Shown here: piece after piece, positions 12,320 to 24,341 of the stretch
Position numbering within the stretch: position 1 is the stretch's first letter
How the letters are laid out: every line of letters begins with the position of its first letter
Assembly: GCF_018350175.1 (NCBI RefSeq)
Contig: NC_058368.1
Coordinates: 62,808,001 to 62,872,000 of the forward strand
DNA from: Felis catus
Taxonomy: Eukaryota
Reading direction: 5' to 3'
Length of the DNA: 64,000 nucleotides
Notes under the pieces: generated by a model
Told to the model about the DNA's origin: nothing
The model's database searches: none
Seen by the model: only the letters and a program-made list of their open reading frames with translations
Translations under genes and position numbers: made by a program

Positions 12320-12830
12320 GTGCTGCCCTTTATGGATTATAGCATTTTATTGCCAATGCATAAGAAATGTGTTATTTTCCAATGCCCCTTCCCCTTACTG
12401 CTAATTTCTTTGTTAGTTTCGCCTGATTGCTTTAGCAATTCTGAGGAGCTGTTGTATTTGGATGATGTTTGAGTAGCAATTTTAGGCTAAAGACTTCATT
12501 CAATTGACTCTTTTGAAACTTATTAATCTTGTGGTGATGCTGGTGACGGAAGGATAAATTAGGATGCCTTTATTATTGATCTGTCCAAAGCTTTCATGTT
12601 ACTTGATCATACTCTATTGTTAATACAGCTGAAGGCAATTAATTTTAGAAACAAGACAAGTGTTAACACAGTATAGTTTGAAAGTCTTCCCGTTAAAGGA
12701 ATTGAACTTTATTGTAAAGTGTTGGATCATTTCAATTAATTTTATTTCACTTCTAAATTAGCAGAGTATTTAAATGTGTACTTGCTCTGTTCTATGAATC
12801 TATCTGTTCTTTGATCTTTCAAAACCAAGT
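12320..12830 (+). mobile_element. Ancient non-LTR retrotransposon RT relic (CR1/L2/Crack-group-like)
   Basis: Manual translation with frameshifts gives collinear motifs PMHKK, ISLL, FR, LLKLIN, IIDLSKAF..LDHTLLL, *FES, SVL*..LF. Confidence 0.75.
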
Positions 12831-13240
12831 GTCATCTTCAAGCTTAAACTGGAGGGTCAAATGTAAAAGTGATAAGGATCTTAAATAGTCCTGGCAGGCT
12901 CCGTAACACTGCATTGCTCACTTTCTTTTTATACTTGGTTCTTGGCATGTTGAATAGGCTAAGTATTTTAGCTAAAAACAATTGGTTTCTCTTATCTCTT
13001 AGATATACTTTCCTGCTTAAAGATTGATAATTCCTTCATATACCCAGAATTTCGATTTCTACTAATATTATAGATTCACTGTTAATATTATAGAAAAGAA
13101 TTTATTAAAATGACAATATAAACTTGATAATACCGATTTCACCATTTAATTCTATACAGTTTAAATTAGAAGCAAAAATCAACTTAACTTGAACAGGTTA
13201 AGTGTGTAATTCTATGAAACCGAATGTCCCTTTAAAAATA

Positions 13241-13470
13241 GGGGCACCTGGGTGGCTCAGTTGGTTAAGCGTCAGACTGTGGCTCAGGTCATGATCTCAC
13301 GGTTTGTGACTTTAAGCTTCGCATCGGGCTCTGTGCTGACAGCTCAGAGCATGGAGCCTGCTTCAGATTCTGTGTCTCCCTCTCTCTTTGTCCCTCTCGC
13401 ACTTGTGCTCTGTTTCTCTCTTTCTCTCAAAAATAAATAAACATTAAAAACATCTAAAAATTAAAAATAA
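13241..13470 (+). mobile_element. Felid Can-SINE
   Basis: Full body and A-rich tail. Confidence 0.95.
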
Positions 13471-15182
13471 ACATACTACAGAAAACATGACATAAAACAA
13501 GTAAAACATATTAGCCACACTTGCCGGAATTTAATTAAATACCCTGTTTTCTTTCCACTTTAATTTACAACCTTAACTTCTTAGAAGAAGATTACATTGC
13601 CTAAAATTTATGGCCTGGTATTTTGTGAGTGCTATTCCAAAGGATTTCATGACAAAAGGATAAAGACTGTAAAAGATGCAATGTACCTATCAGAATCATA
13701 GCTACAACAAAGTTGTGGAAACATTAGGATTATACACATTTTTATTACATTCCCGATACTTCTCTACTGAGATCATAAATGTCAGCATCAAAATATTAGT
13801 TCAAATTTGAGAAAGAGTTTGACTTCTGTCCCCAGCATTTAGAGTTAAGAATTGCTGTGTCTAGTGAACTGTCAACACAACTAATGAGTTGAAATGTTTA
13901 AGTGCAAAGCAATTGGATATAGTGACCGTATTTTGAGATTATTTTTAGGAAATAGAACTAATTGACCAAACTGTAGTACATATGAATTTTATGGAAAGGA
14001 GGATATGCCCTTATTTGAATTTTCTTTACTCTGAGTTTATCTAAATCTTAACTTCCAAATTCTACATTAGGGAGATATTTATATTATAACAAGAGCCATC
14101 AGAAGCAGCTTCACTGGGTTATCTTATGGGATGTGTTGGAGATGAATATGCAAGAAATCGTGTTAATACAGGTCATGTATTAAGGGACCTTAAGAGAATC
14201 TGTTAATTTTAGGAGAATTACACACTTACATTGTAGGCTTTCCTTCCTTTGTTTTCATCATGACAAAATTAAAGCAATAAATATTTCAGCATGTAAAGGT
14301 GAAAAAAAAGGAACTTCTGTAGGCATAAAATAAAGGCAAAGTAGATGGAGATTTCTGAAGAAAGCTAAGAATCAATTGTAGTTGAAGAATGGAAAGAAAC
14401 ATATTTTTGTATCTCTCCTGTTTAAAATGGTAGGCTGCTCTATCAGGTAATAGGGGGAAGTTTATGGGAAATTGTGAAAACTGCCTCCAGGTAAACAAAA
14501 GGCACAGCATTCCTGACACAATTTTCCCCTAGACATGTCATGTGTATTTAGAAGAATATATAATGTTGTTTGAATAATGAATTCTGTACATGATAATGTC
14601 CTTTTATTTTTCTTAAAACTATCATTTATCTCTAAGGAATTTTGTTTAATTCTTGAATACTGGAATTTGATCATCTTGTATGAACCCTAGAAATAGAGTT
14701 ACTATTTTAACACAACAATTACATGTTGCTTAAATTACATCTAGATGATAAAACTTATGAGAATGTGCATAATGTGTCAAGAGCAGTGACAAATACATCC
14801 AACCCCTACAAAGGGACAGAAAATATGCCCAGACTTTAAGAATACATAGTTCAAATGTCTAAATTACTTTAAATAGACATGTGTGCCGAAATGTGGACAT
14901 TTTGACCCAGTGACTTTAAAGCCATGAGGCTAATCAAAATGTTTGAATAACATCTGGACTCTAAATCTGTTATGGCCTCTAGCATAATTTATGTATCACC
15001 ACCTGAGATATATAATGGATAGTGTGATAGATTTTCTTCTGAGACATGGTCATATGTAGAATCCACCTCTTTTTTTTAATTAATTTTTCAGTCATTTGCT
15101 TAGGTATGTGTAGATGACTGAATTCAAGTAACAATTTAAGTATTTTCTCAGATATTTCCCTTCTATTAATATACTATATTTT

Positions 15183-15404
15183 GGGGCGCCTGGGTGGCTC
15201 AGTAGGTTAAGCGGCCGACTTCGGCTCAGATCATGATCTCGCAGTCTGTGAGTTCGAGCCCCGCGTCAGGCTCTGTGCTGACAGCTCAGAGCTTGGAGCC
15301 TGTTTCAGATTCTGTGTCTCCCTCTCTCTGATCCTCCCCCGTTCATGCTCTGTCTCTCTCTGTCTCAAAAATAAATAAGCGTTAAAAAATTTTTTTAAAT
15401 ATAT
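15183..15404 (+). mobile_element. Felid Can-SINE
   Basis: Full body; TSD atatactatatttt. Confidence 0.96.
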
Positions 15405-15439
15405 ATATACTATATTTTATTTTAGAATTAGGATATTTC

Positions 15440-15780
15440 ACTTTACACAAAGCAAAAATTATTCATAATCCAAACACCAAAAAGTAAGCAAGATCAATAA
15501 TTTCAAATTATTTCAGACTTCTCTCTCAGTGTATAGATTCAGATGGTATATTTAATTTATAAAATTGGAATCTATGATACATACTATTTTATAATCTACA
15601 TGTCATTTAAACATTCTGTAGGTGACATGTTTGTAAGTAGTATATACACTGGTACTGTAGAATCTTTATTAGTCTTCAATTATGCCATTTTTCATATGTC
15701 CATTTACCAAACCTAGTATCTACTGATGGATTTTAGATTGTTTTAAATTTTCACTATTACACACACTTAAACACCTTTCA
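15440..15780 (-). mobile_element. L1ME-like 3' UTR fragment
   Basis: 'tataaaattggaatc...atactatttt...tactgatggattttagattgttttaaattttcactatta'. Confidence 0.5.
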
Positions 15781-15796
15781 AAAATAGTAGTGTTCT

Positions 15797-16019
15797 GGGG
15801 TGCCTGGGTGGCGCAGTCGGTTAAGCGTCCGACTTCAGCCAGGTCACCATCTCGCGGTCCGGGAGTTCGAGCCCCGCGTCAGGCTCTGGGCTGATGGCTC
15901 AGAGCCTGGAGCCTGTTTCAGATTCTGTGTCTCCCTCTCTCTCTGCCCCTCCCCCGTTCATGCTCTGTCTCTCTCTGTCCCAAAAAAATAAATAAATGTT
16001 GAAAAAAAGAATTAAAAAA
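15797..16019 (+). mobile_element. Young felid Can-SINE
   Basis: CpG-rich body; perfect 17-bp TSD aaaaatagtagtgttct. Confidence 0.97.
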
Positions 16020-16939
16020 AAAAATAGTAGTGTTCTATTACAACCAAAGCTAAATAGTGAGATGTTTGGTATTTATTAACATACATCCTTCAAGCAATTC
16101 AGTACCAATTCATTCTGCCTTTAGAAATGTATGTCTTATTTCTAAATACTCATATGCAGTCTTAACATATTTTCCAAATTTACATATAAAAGAGTTACAT
16201 ACCAATATACATCTATATTCTATCTTCAAAATTAGATCTGCTTCAGCTAAGTGCTCTTTGGCGTGATACAGTATGGCTTTCCACAACTCATCATAATTCT
16301 CTTAAAACTTTAAATCAAGGATTTATGGTCACTGTATAACTTTGATGATTATTTTAACTGATGCTATATTTTAATTCTGTCTCTACCTATCTTTCACTGA
16401 AGTAAGATAAACAAGTTTTGAACTATGTAACCAGATGTACAAAAACAAAAACAAAAACAGTATGGGGTAGCTGTTGAGCACATGAGATTGATACATACTG
16501 AAGAATCTGAATTTTACCAGAGACTTACCCATAAAATAGAAAGTGATCTTATATACTGTTTCTGATTCCAATAGTCTTCACACCTCTCTTAAAATTATAA
16601 AAAAAAAAAAAAAATTCTTGGTTAGATTTTTCTCAGCATTACCAGCTCATAGTATATGTTTTCAGGACCATCTGGCCTGTTGGCCTATATAAGAGCAGTT
16701 TCCGAGTGAAATAAATGTTGAAGCCAGATGGATGAATATACAAAAAGTGAGAAAGTAAAGTCGCTGAACATAAAGCATTATTTCTAGAAACTTTACTTGT
16801 AAAGTTAGAAGAGAAATATATCATTGTCTAGAATTTAACTCTCAATGGAGAGTTTGGTGGTTTGATGATTTTGTTACTGTGTTTCATTTTTATGATGGAA
16901 GAGATTTAAGTATTATTATATATTTGCAACAAAGATTCA

Positions 16940-17250
16940 GGAGAAAAGGAGTTGGTGCCACTAAAGAGAGACAGTTGATAGAGCTAAGACCACCCAGAAA
17001 CCACAGGAGAGGATGAAGCCATGAGCACAGGTAAAACAATTACTTGTGGATTAGAAGAGATACATCCATTCCACTTAAACTGAAAGGAGAGAGGAAAGAG
17101 GAAATTTATTAGTGAAGAAAGTAGGTAGTTAAAGGGAACTCATGACAGATAGCCTCAATTATTTCTCCATAGTAGAAGGTCAGGTTATATGGTCCAAGAA
17201 TGTTTGAAAGGGGGAGAGAAGTGTAGTACAAAGTTTAACTGATTCCTGCA
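16940..17250 (-). mobile_element. L2 fragment
   Basis: Purine-rich antisense L2-like text ('gacagatagcctcaattatttctc'). Confidence 0.45.
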
Positions 17251-17329
17251 ATGATTAAAAATAACAACTGACTGTGGATATGTTTTCAAACTGTATTCAA
17301 AACTCAATCTGAAAATATAGGTATTGTTT

Positions 17330-17537
17330 CAATTTTTTTGAGTGAGACAGAGCAACAGCACAAGCAGGGGAGGGGTAGGGAGAGAAGGAGAGAGAGGGAA
17401 GGGGAGGGAGAGAATCTTAAGCAGGCTCCATGCTCAGCCAGGAGCACGAAGCAGGCTCTGTTTTACAACCGTGAGATAATGACCTAAGTCAAATTCAAGA
17501 GTCGAATTCTTAAACGACTAAGCCTGCCAGGAGCCCC
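17330..17537 (-). mobile_element. Can-SINE
   Basis: Antisense body; TSD taggtattgttt. Confidence 0.92.
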
Positions 17538-17567
17538 TGTAGGTATTGTTTAAAAGCAAAAAAGCAA

Positions 17568-17781
17568 GGGGCACCCCGGGTGGCTCAGCTGGTTAAGTGT
17601 CCGACTTCAGCTCAGGTCATGATCTCACCATCCTTGAGTTTGAGCCCTGCATTGGGCTCTGTGCTGTCAGCTCAGAGCCTGCAGCCTGCTCAAGATTCTG
17701 TGTCTCCCTCTGTCTCAGCCTCTCCCCTGCTCACACTCTGTTTCTCTCTCAAAAATAAATAAACATTAAAAAAAATAAAAT
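17568..17781 (+). mobile_element. Felid Can-SINE
   Basis: Full body; TSD aaaagcaaa.aa.caa. Confidence 0.95.
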
Positions 17782-18123
17782 AAAAGCAAACAAACAAGCC
17801 AAGCATGACCAAAACCCTTTGTAAAGTTGGCTGAGAAATATTTGAAAATTGTTAAAATGTTTGAGAAACATTAAGAAATGCAGGTTTAAAGATATACAAA
17901 CAAGAGATTGTTTTTTTGCTGGAAATGCCTTAATATAATAACGTTCATGGGATTTTAAGAAAAAGAGATGAGCACATTGAATGTCCTGCTAAAAAAATGA
18001 TTACAAGCATGAAGCAGAAGTAATAACCCATGCAGAGAAGAAAGTGGATATATAGGATATATAGAAAGGAAGAAAAGGAAAGATCAAGATAAGGACAGAC
18101 TAGCTAAAGAAAAAGATTTTAAA

Positions 18124-18330
18124 GGGTGCCTGGGTGGCTCAGTCAGTTAAGCATCCGACCTGGGTTCAGGTCATGATCTCATGGTTTGTGGGTTCGAGTC
18201 CCGTGTCAGGCTCTGTGCTGATGGCTCAGAGCTTGGAGCTGTTTCAGATTCTGTGTCTCCCTCTCTCTCTGCCCCTCCCTTGCTCTCTCTCAATCTCTCT
18301 CAAAATTAAATAAACATTTAAAAAATTTAA
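18124..18330 (+). mobile_element. Felid Can-SINE
   Basis: Full body; TSD agattttaaa. Confidence 0.95.
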
Positions 18331-18477
18331 AAAAGAGATTTTAAAAAATTGTTGGGAAGACCATCACAGTGTGGGACACTCTTATTTTTATATAAAGCGT
18401 TGCCGATGAGTTGCTGAGGTTGACTGGGGTTGATCACTTGCCACACCTTTATTTATTAACTTACTGGATTTAATGCA

Positions 18478-18730
18478 TATTTTACTGAAGTAACACACAA
18501 TGTTACCTTGGTTTCAGGTGTGAAACATAGTGATTTGACAAGTTTAATCATTATGCTATGCTTACAAGTGTAGCTACCATCTGACCCCATATGTTATTAC
18601 AATATCATTGACTGTATTCTCTATGCTGCACCTTTCATCCCCATGGCTTATTCATTCTGTAACTGGAAGCCTATATCTCCCTCTCCCCTTCACCCATTTT
18701 GTCCAACTCCTTACCCTCCCCCCAGTTTGC
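18478..18730 (-). mobile_element. L1 3' end (L1MA9/carnivore L1-like)
   Basis: 'ggtttcaggtgtgaaacatagtgatt...actgtattctctatgctg...taactggaagcctatatctc...ttcacccattt'. Confidence 0.8.
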
Positions 18731-18747
18731 TCTTGCCACACTGTTTT

Positions 18748-18944
18748 GTTTTTTATTTTATTTGAGACAGACAGAGAGAGGAATGAGAGAGAATGAGCTG
18801 GGGAGGTACAGAGAGAGAGAAAGAGAATCCCAAGTAGGCTCCATGCCCAGTGTGGAGCCTGACATGGGGACACAGAGTTTGATCTCACAACTGAGATCAA
18901 AAACAAGAGTCTGTGCTTAACTGACTGAACCACCCAAGCGCCCC
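18748..18944 (-). mobile_element. Can-SINE
   Basis: Antisense body; TSD ccacactgtttt / ccatactgtttt. Confidence 0.93.
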
Positions 18945-20149
18945 TACCATACTGTTTTAAAGAGGAATCCAGGGTTGAATGTTAGCAAATCTGGAAAGAG
19001 TTTGCAGAAGAAAAAGAATATCTTGTAGAAAGGCCTTAATAAATGAAAAGAAATAATCTAAACATTAGTAGGCCACACTAACAAATCCAGGGGGCATAAT
19101 CAAATAAAATGAACTTCAAAGCAAAAGAGATTTTTGCCTGAGGGTTGAGTCTAGCAAAGCCCCGGAGAATTAAAAATATGGGAGCAAAGAAACTTATGTG
19201 CTTAGAATCTCTTTGAATTTTATTTAATTGAATGTTACTTAAAAGTATGTATAATAGCATTAATATTTATCATTATTAAAATAATAATTGGGTGGAACAC
19301 TTAACCCTTGTCAAAATTGTATTGTGTGATCAAACACATGTATACAGTAGCTCAATAAACTCTATTTTAAGAAAGTGGTATGACCACTTATAGATGAAAA
19401 AAATCAAGACTTAGACATTTAAGTAAATTTTTGAAGTCCAAACAGTCAGAAAGAAAAAGGGACTGTATAAAAACCCGGGTCTGTGTGGGAGGGGAGAAGG
19501 CAGAAGGTTGAAGGTAAGAAAACTGAGGATCCAAAGGGCGATTAAAACAATTGCCATTTCTTTGAAAATATTAGTGAGAAAATTAGTGATAAGAAATAAG
19601 ATTATATACATATGTGTATTTAGCAGTGAGATAATATGATAATATTATAGTGTAAGAAAAATCAGAATGAAATTTGGTTTGTTTTTATTTTTACATAGAG
19701 AACAAACAACTTTTAGTACAATTGGGAGAGAGAACACCTCATGTTGAGAAGGGACAGAAGAGAAGCCAAGATAAATTGGATGAGATAACTTCATAAAAGG
19801 AGATGAAATGAGAGACAAAGAGTATGGAGTGCAAAGCATCAAAGAAAAATGAAAGATCAGCAATTTATGTCAATCTCTTGTCAGTTTTTAGATAAACATG
19901 GACCAGGCTTTGAAAAGCTAGTTCTTTCTTTTGAGTAGGTATCACTATTAAAAATTCATTCCCCGCATAGGTATTTCTACTGGGAGGATTTCAATTAGTT
20001 CAAAATGTATTAAATCATTTTTCTGTCAAGAATCACCAAAGCAAGAATGAGAATTACTCAGTTAGAAAGAAAGAAGGGATGAAGGAGAAAATAGAATAAG
20101 AGAAGGGATGGCAGAAAGTGTTGTTTATGAATTTATTAATATTATTGAT

Positions 20150-21560
20150 TGATCAGCATCTTTTCATTTGTATTTATTCTTTGGTGAAAGGCATTTTCAA
20201 ATATCTTGCCCACTTCTAAGTGTGTTTGTTTTTCTTCTCAGTGAGTTTAGATAGTTCTTTATATATCTAGAAACAAGACATTTTTTTGGATGTTTAAATT
20301 GAAACTATCTCTTCCCCAAACTGCGGTTTGTGTTTTCATTTTCTTAAGTGTCTTTCACAAAGTTACAGTATTTACTTTTGATGAATTCCAACTTATTAAT
20401 TTCTATCTTTTTTAAATCATGGATTTAGTGCCATATCAAACTCTTTGTCTTGAAGATTCTCTCATGTTACCTTCTAAGGGTTTTTATAGTCATCCATTTT
20501 ATATTGTAGAAGCCCAAGGCAGACCACCTCAAGATGGGCCACTTTGGTATAGATTGTTTTGTGTTGAAAGTAATCACAATCCAGCAGATAGAGGAAGAGC
20601 TCAACTGCCTAAACTTGCATTGGAAAGGAGAGCCTGTAACAGGAAGAGAGCTATTAACAGAGACTGCCCTTTATCTAAGCAACTTATGTACATAATAGGG
20701 GAACCTTATTTTTCCAAACATCTTTTTTCACCTTCTTGGTAATGAGCTTTCTGTCTTTTATATCCTCAGGCCCCTAGCCCTGTCCTTAGCTAATATAAAC
20801 TTTCTGTTGCCTCATTGTCTTTGCAATTTCATGTCTGTGTGGAAACTCCATACACACACCTATTAAATGTACTTTTCTCCTGTTAATCTGTCTTATGGCA
20901 ATTTGGTTCTGAGGACCAAAAGGTAGCCAGAAAGACCATAGAGCACAGGACAGTCTTCCTCCCAGACAATATTTATTCTATTGATCCATTTTGAGTTAAT
21001 TTTAATGTAACATTATAAAGTATAGGTCAAGATTCTTTTTTTTTTTTATCTAATCTAATTATTCCAGCACTATTTCTAGAAAATACTTTTTCTCCATTGC
21101 ATCCTTTTTCCCACTTTTAGAAATCAATTGATCATATTTCTGTGGGTTTATTTCTGGACTCTCTATTATGTTCCATTGATTTATGTATCTATCCTTTCAC
21201 TTAGCTTGATTAATGTATCTTTCCAGTAAATCTCAAAATGTATGAATCTGTTTCTCTAAACTTTGTTTTTCTTCTTCAAAATTGTTTGCAACTTTAATTT
21301 TTTTACCTTCCCATGTAAATTTTAGAATCAGCTTATCTATATCTACGAAGATTACTGCTTGTATTTTGACTGGATTTGTGTTCAATTTGTAGATCAATTG
21401 GGGAAGAATTGACATCTGAACTGTATAGAGTCTTCCAATTCATGATCATTTTGATTTCTTTTAACAGTGTTTACAACATAAAGATCTTGCACATATTTTA
21501 TTAAATTTATACCTCAGTATGTCATTTTTTTGATCTTACTGTAAATGGTACTGTTTTGTG
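20150..21560 (-). mobile_element. L1 ORF2 3'-part fragment, split by an LTR
   Basis: ORF 21233-21415 (MSILPQLIYKLNTNPVKI...DKLILKFTW) matches L1 ORF2 MAILPKVIYRFNAIPIK...LKFIW; L1 text continues on both sides of the LTR. Confidence 0.88.
20505..20968 (+). mobile_element. ERV1 solo LTR (MER34-family-like)
   Basis: TG...CA termini, perfect 4-bp TSD atat (20501-20504, 20969-20972), MER34-like start and end ('cttcctcccagaca'). Confidence 0.85.
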
Positions 21561-21599
21561 TTGAGAAAATCATATTTATTCAAAAAATGAAATTTTTAT

Positions 21600-22460
21600 T
21601 TTATTTTAGAAAATCAATATAATTCAATGTAATAATTAGGAAAATGACATTCAATCATTAAATTAATATAGGAAGAGCATTTGATAAACATACTAATTTA
21701 TAATTTTTTAAAAATATATTAACATAATATAAAAGAGAGGAAGTTCTTTAACCTTGTTAAGTTGTATTTATAAAAATATAAAGCAAATGTTATTAATGGT
21801 TAAAATTTGAAAACAACCTCTGTAAAGTCAAGCATAAGACAAACACTTGACTTTGTACTCCATCCAGCTGAGGCAGCTGAGTAAGGCAAAATAAGGAAAT
21901 CAAAGATATGTAAATTAGAAAGAAAAAAACATTTTATATGTAGGTGATGCTTGTCAACATCGGAAATCCCAAAGGACCTAATTAATAATGATAGCAAGTT
22001 GTCTGATTTTTTTTAAATCATATATGAAACTCAATTCTTTGTCTATACAACATCTGCCAATAGTATATACATAATAAAATGTATAAAAAGCATATAATAT
22101 TAAAATACCATTTAAAAAGTCTCTAGGCTTATGGGCGCCTGGGTGGCTCAGTCAGTTCAGCGTCCGACTTCAGCTCAGGTCACGGTCTCACAGTTCATGA
22201 GTTCAAGCCCCGCGTCGGGCTCTGTGCTGACAGCTCAGAGCCTGGAAACTGCTTCGGATTCTGTCTCCCTCTTTCTGTCTCTGCTCCTCCCCTGCTTGTG
22301 CTCTCTCTCTCTCTCTCTCTCTCTCTCAGAAATGAATAAACATTAAAAAAAAAAAGTCTCTAGGCTTAAATGCAATGAAAGACTTGCATGAGTTTTATTA
22401 AGAAAATAATAAAACATCATGGAACAATATTAAAGAAACAAAACAAAACAGGGAGATCCT
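21600..22460 (+). mobile_element. Old L1 ORF2 RT-region fragment
   Basis: 'gagcatttgataaa' (KAFD-like), 'gtaggtgatg' (ADD region), 'gaaatcccaaagga'; split by a SINE. Confidence 0.7.
22133..22350 (+). mobile_element. Felid Can-SINE
   Basis: Full body; TSD aaaaagtctctaggctta. Confidence 0.96.
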
Positions 22461-23177
22461 GATTAATAGTATCTGGTCCAAAAGCAGATTATTGCTGCTA
22501 GTAACACGGTCTTCAGTGTCAATGCCTCTGTTGTATTCTAGTAATTGGGAAAGCACTACCTAATCTCCTTGAATCGTTGTCTTCCAAACACAATTAGAGA
22601 AGTGAAAACTGTTTTTCTTTTTTCTTATTTTCACAAAAAACATGAACTTGGCCATAGAATAGGGAGCTGCTATAGCTCCTGCAGGCTTATTTTGGCACTG
22701 CTTTGTAACACAGCTGTAGACATTGATAACTGTCCTCAAGCAACACCTCGCTTTCTTGAGAAAACCAGCCTTAAGTTAGTAATCAAAAATTTCAAAATAT
22801 CACCTCAATTTACAAGAAAAAATGTGAATTTTTCAGGTTCGCTTACATAAGGTAGTGTCTAGGTATAGCCAGCTTCGGTGACCATGTATTTCTAGACTCA
22901 GAACATCAGGATCATTATTTCCTTTCTATAATTTAATTCCAAATGACCTGAGGAAGTCAGAACACTTTGATGTTCATGAAAAATAGGGCTTTGTGTTTGT
23001 CATTATCCCGGAACTGCAAATTATTAAATTGCTTATGAGCAGATACCCTAATTTAGCATCTTTGTTATTTCAAGATCACCTTACTTGTGCTTTGTAGCTG
23101 GGGCTGATCTGTGCGCCTAAAATAAATGACACCTTTAACAGTCCCTTCAACACTAAATATAAAGAACTTATAAACGA

Positions 23178-23823
23178 GGGGTGCCTGAGTGGCTCAGTCG
23201 GTTTGTTAAGGAAAAATCTGTCATATCATGGCCAACAGGACTGATAAGGGAATTTCAGTCCCTGCCTGAAGACTTCCCTTCCAGATTCATTCCACCCTGC
23301 TTGCCTCAAGAGCCAAATTACTACTGTTGGGAAAATAAGTAAAGTTCTGCACCATAAGATAGCCGACAGGACTAAAACAAGTTCTAGTTCCTAGCTTAGA
23401 GACTCCTCTTCTGGGTTCTTCCTGCCCTGTTTGCCTCGTGCATGAAAGCCATCACGGATGCAGATGACGCTATAAATTACCCTTCCCACCTGCATTCGGG
23501 GCTCAGATCTCTGGAGAATGATCTCTGAGCCCACCGGCGTAAAATAAACCTCCTTGCTTCCAAGATCTCTGAGTGCCCCTTGGTTCTTCTGCCGGGTGAT
23601 CCAGACCAGTTTCTGTAACAGGTGAAGCATCCTACTTCAGTTCAGGTCACGGCCTCCTAGTTCACGAGCTTGAGCCCCACATTGGCTCTGTGCTGACAGT
23701 TCAGAGCCTGGAGCCTGCTTCAGATTCTGCATCTCCCTCTCTCTTCTCTGCCCCTCCCTTTCTCTTGCTCTGTCTCTTTCTCTCTCAAAAATAAATAAAC
23801 ATTAACAAAATTTTTTAAAAAAG
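23178..23823 (+). mobile_element. Felid Can-SINE split by an LTR
   Basis: Head 23178-23203; remainder resumes at 23625 ('aagcatcctacttcag'). Confidence 0.93.
23204..23620 (+). mobile_element. ERV solo LTR, 417 bp (class I-like)
   Basis: TGTTA...TAACA termini, TATAAA 23471-23476, AATAAA 23543-23548, 4-bp TSD ggtt/ggtg. Confidence 0.9.
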
Positions 23824-24145
23824 AATACAAGCAAAATCAAATATTTTAGTTAAGATAAAGATGCCACCAAACTTCTTCTTGGTAGGCACTAGGTTGATAA
23901 AATCTATACCCTACATTTTTAGCTTGACAATTAAGGCACTATACTCAATTATACTTCATCCTTTGGCAGAAGGGACAAGGGACTTCTTTCAAGATCTATG
24001 TTGTTTTCATTTCACTTTATCAGCTACAGGCCATGACAAAAATTTAATACTACAGTAATCTAATCACTACACATATTTTTGTTTTTGCTGCTGTTCCTCA
24101 TACATTGACTTTCCATTGACTCAAATTTTCCTAAAGTCATTATTT

Positions 24146-24341
24146 TTTTAATGTTTATTTTGGAGAGAGAGAGCAAGCCGGAGAGAGGCAGAGAGAGAAG
24201 GAGGGGACACAGAGTCCGAAGCAGGCTTCATGCTCTTAGCTGTCAGCACAGAGTTCTACACGGGACTCGAACCCAGGAACCATGAGGTCATGACCTGAGC
24301 TGAAGTCATCCACTTAACCAACTGAGCCACCCAAAGGCCCC
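24146..24341 (-). mobile_element. Felid Can-SINE
   Basis: Antisense body; TSD taaagtcattattt. Confidence 0.95.

Noticed and set aside
21233..21415. ORF with clear protein homology
   Set aside because: Dead L1 ORF2 fragment.
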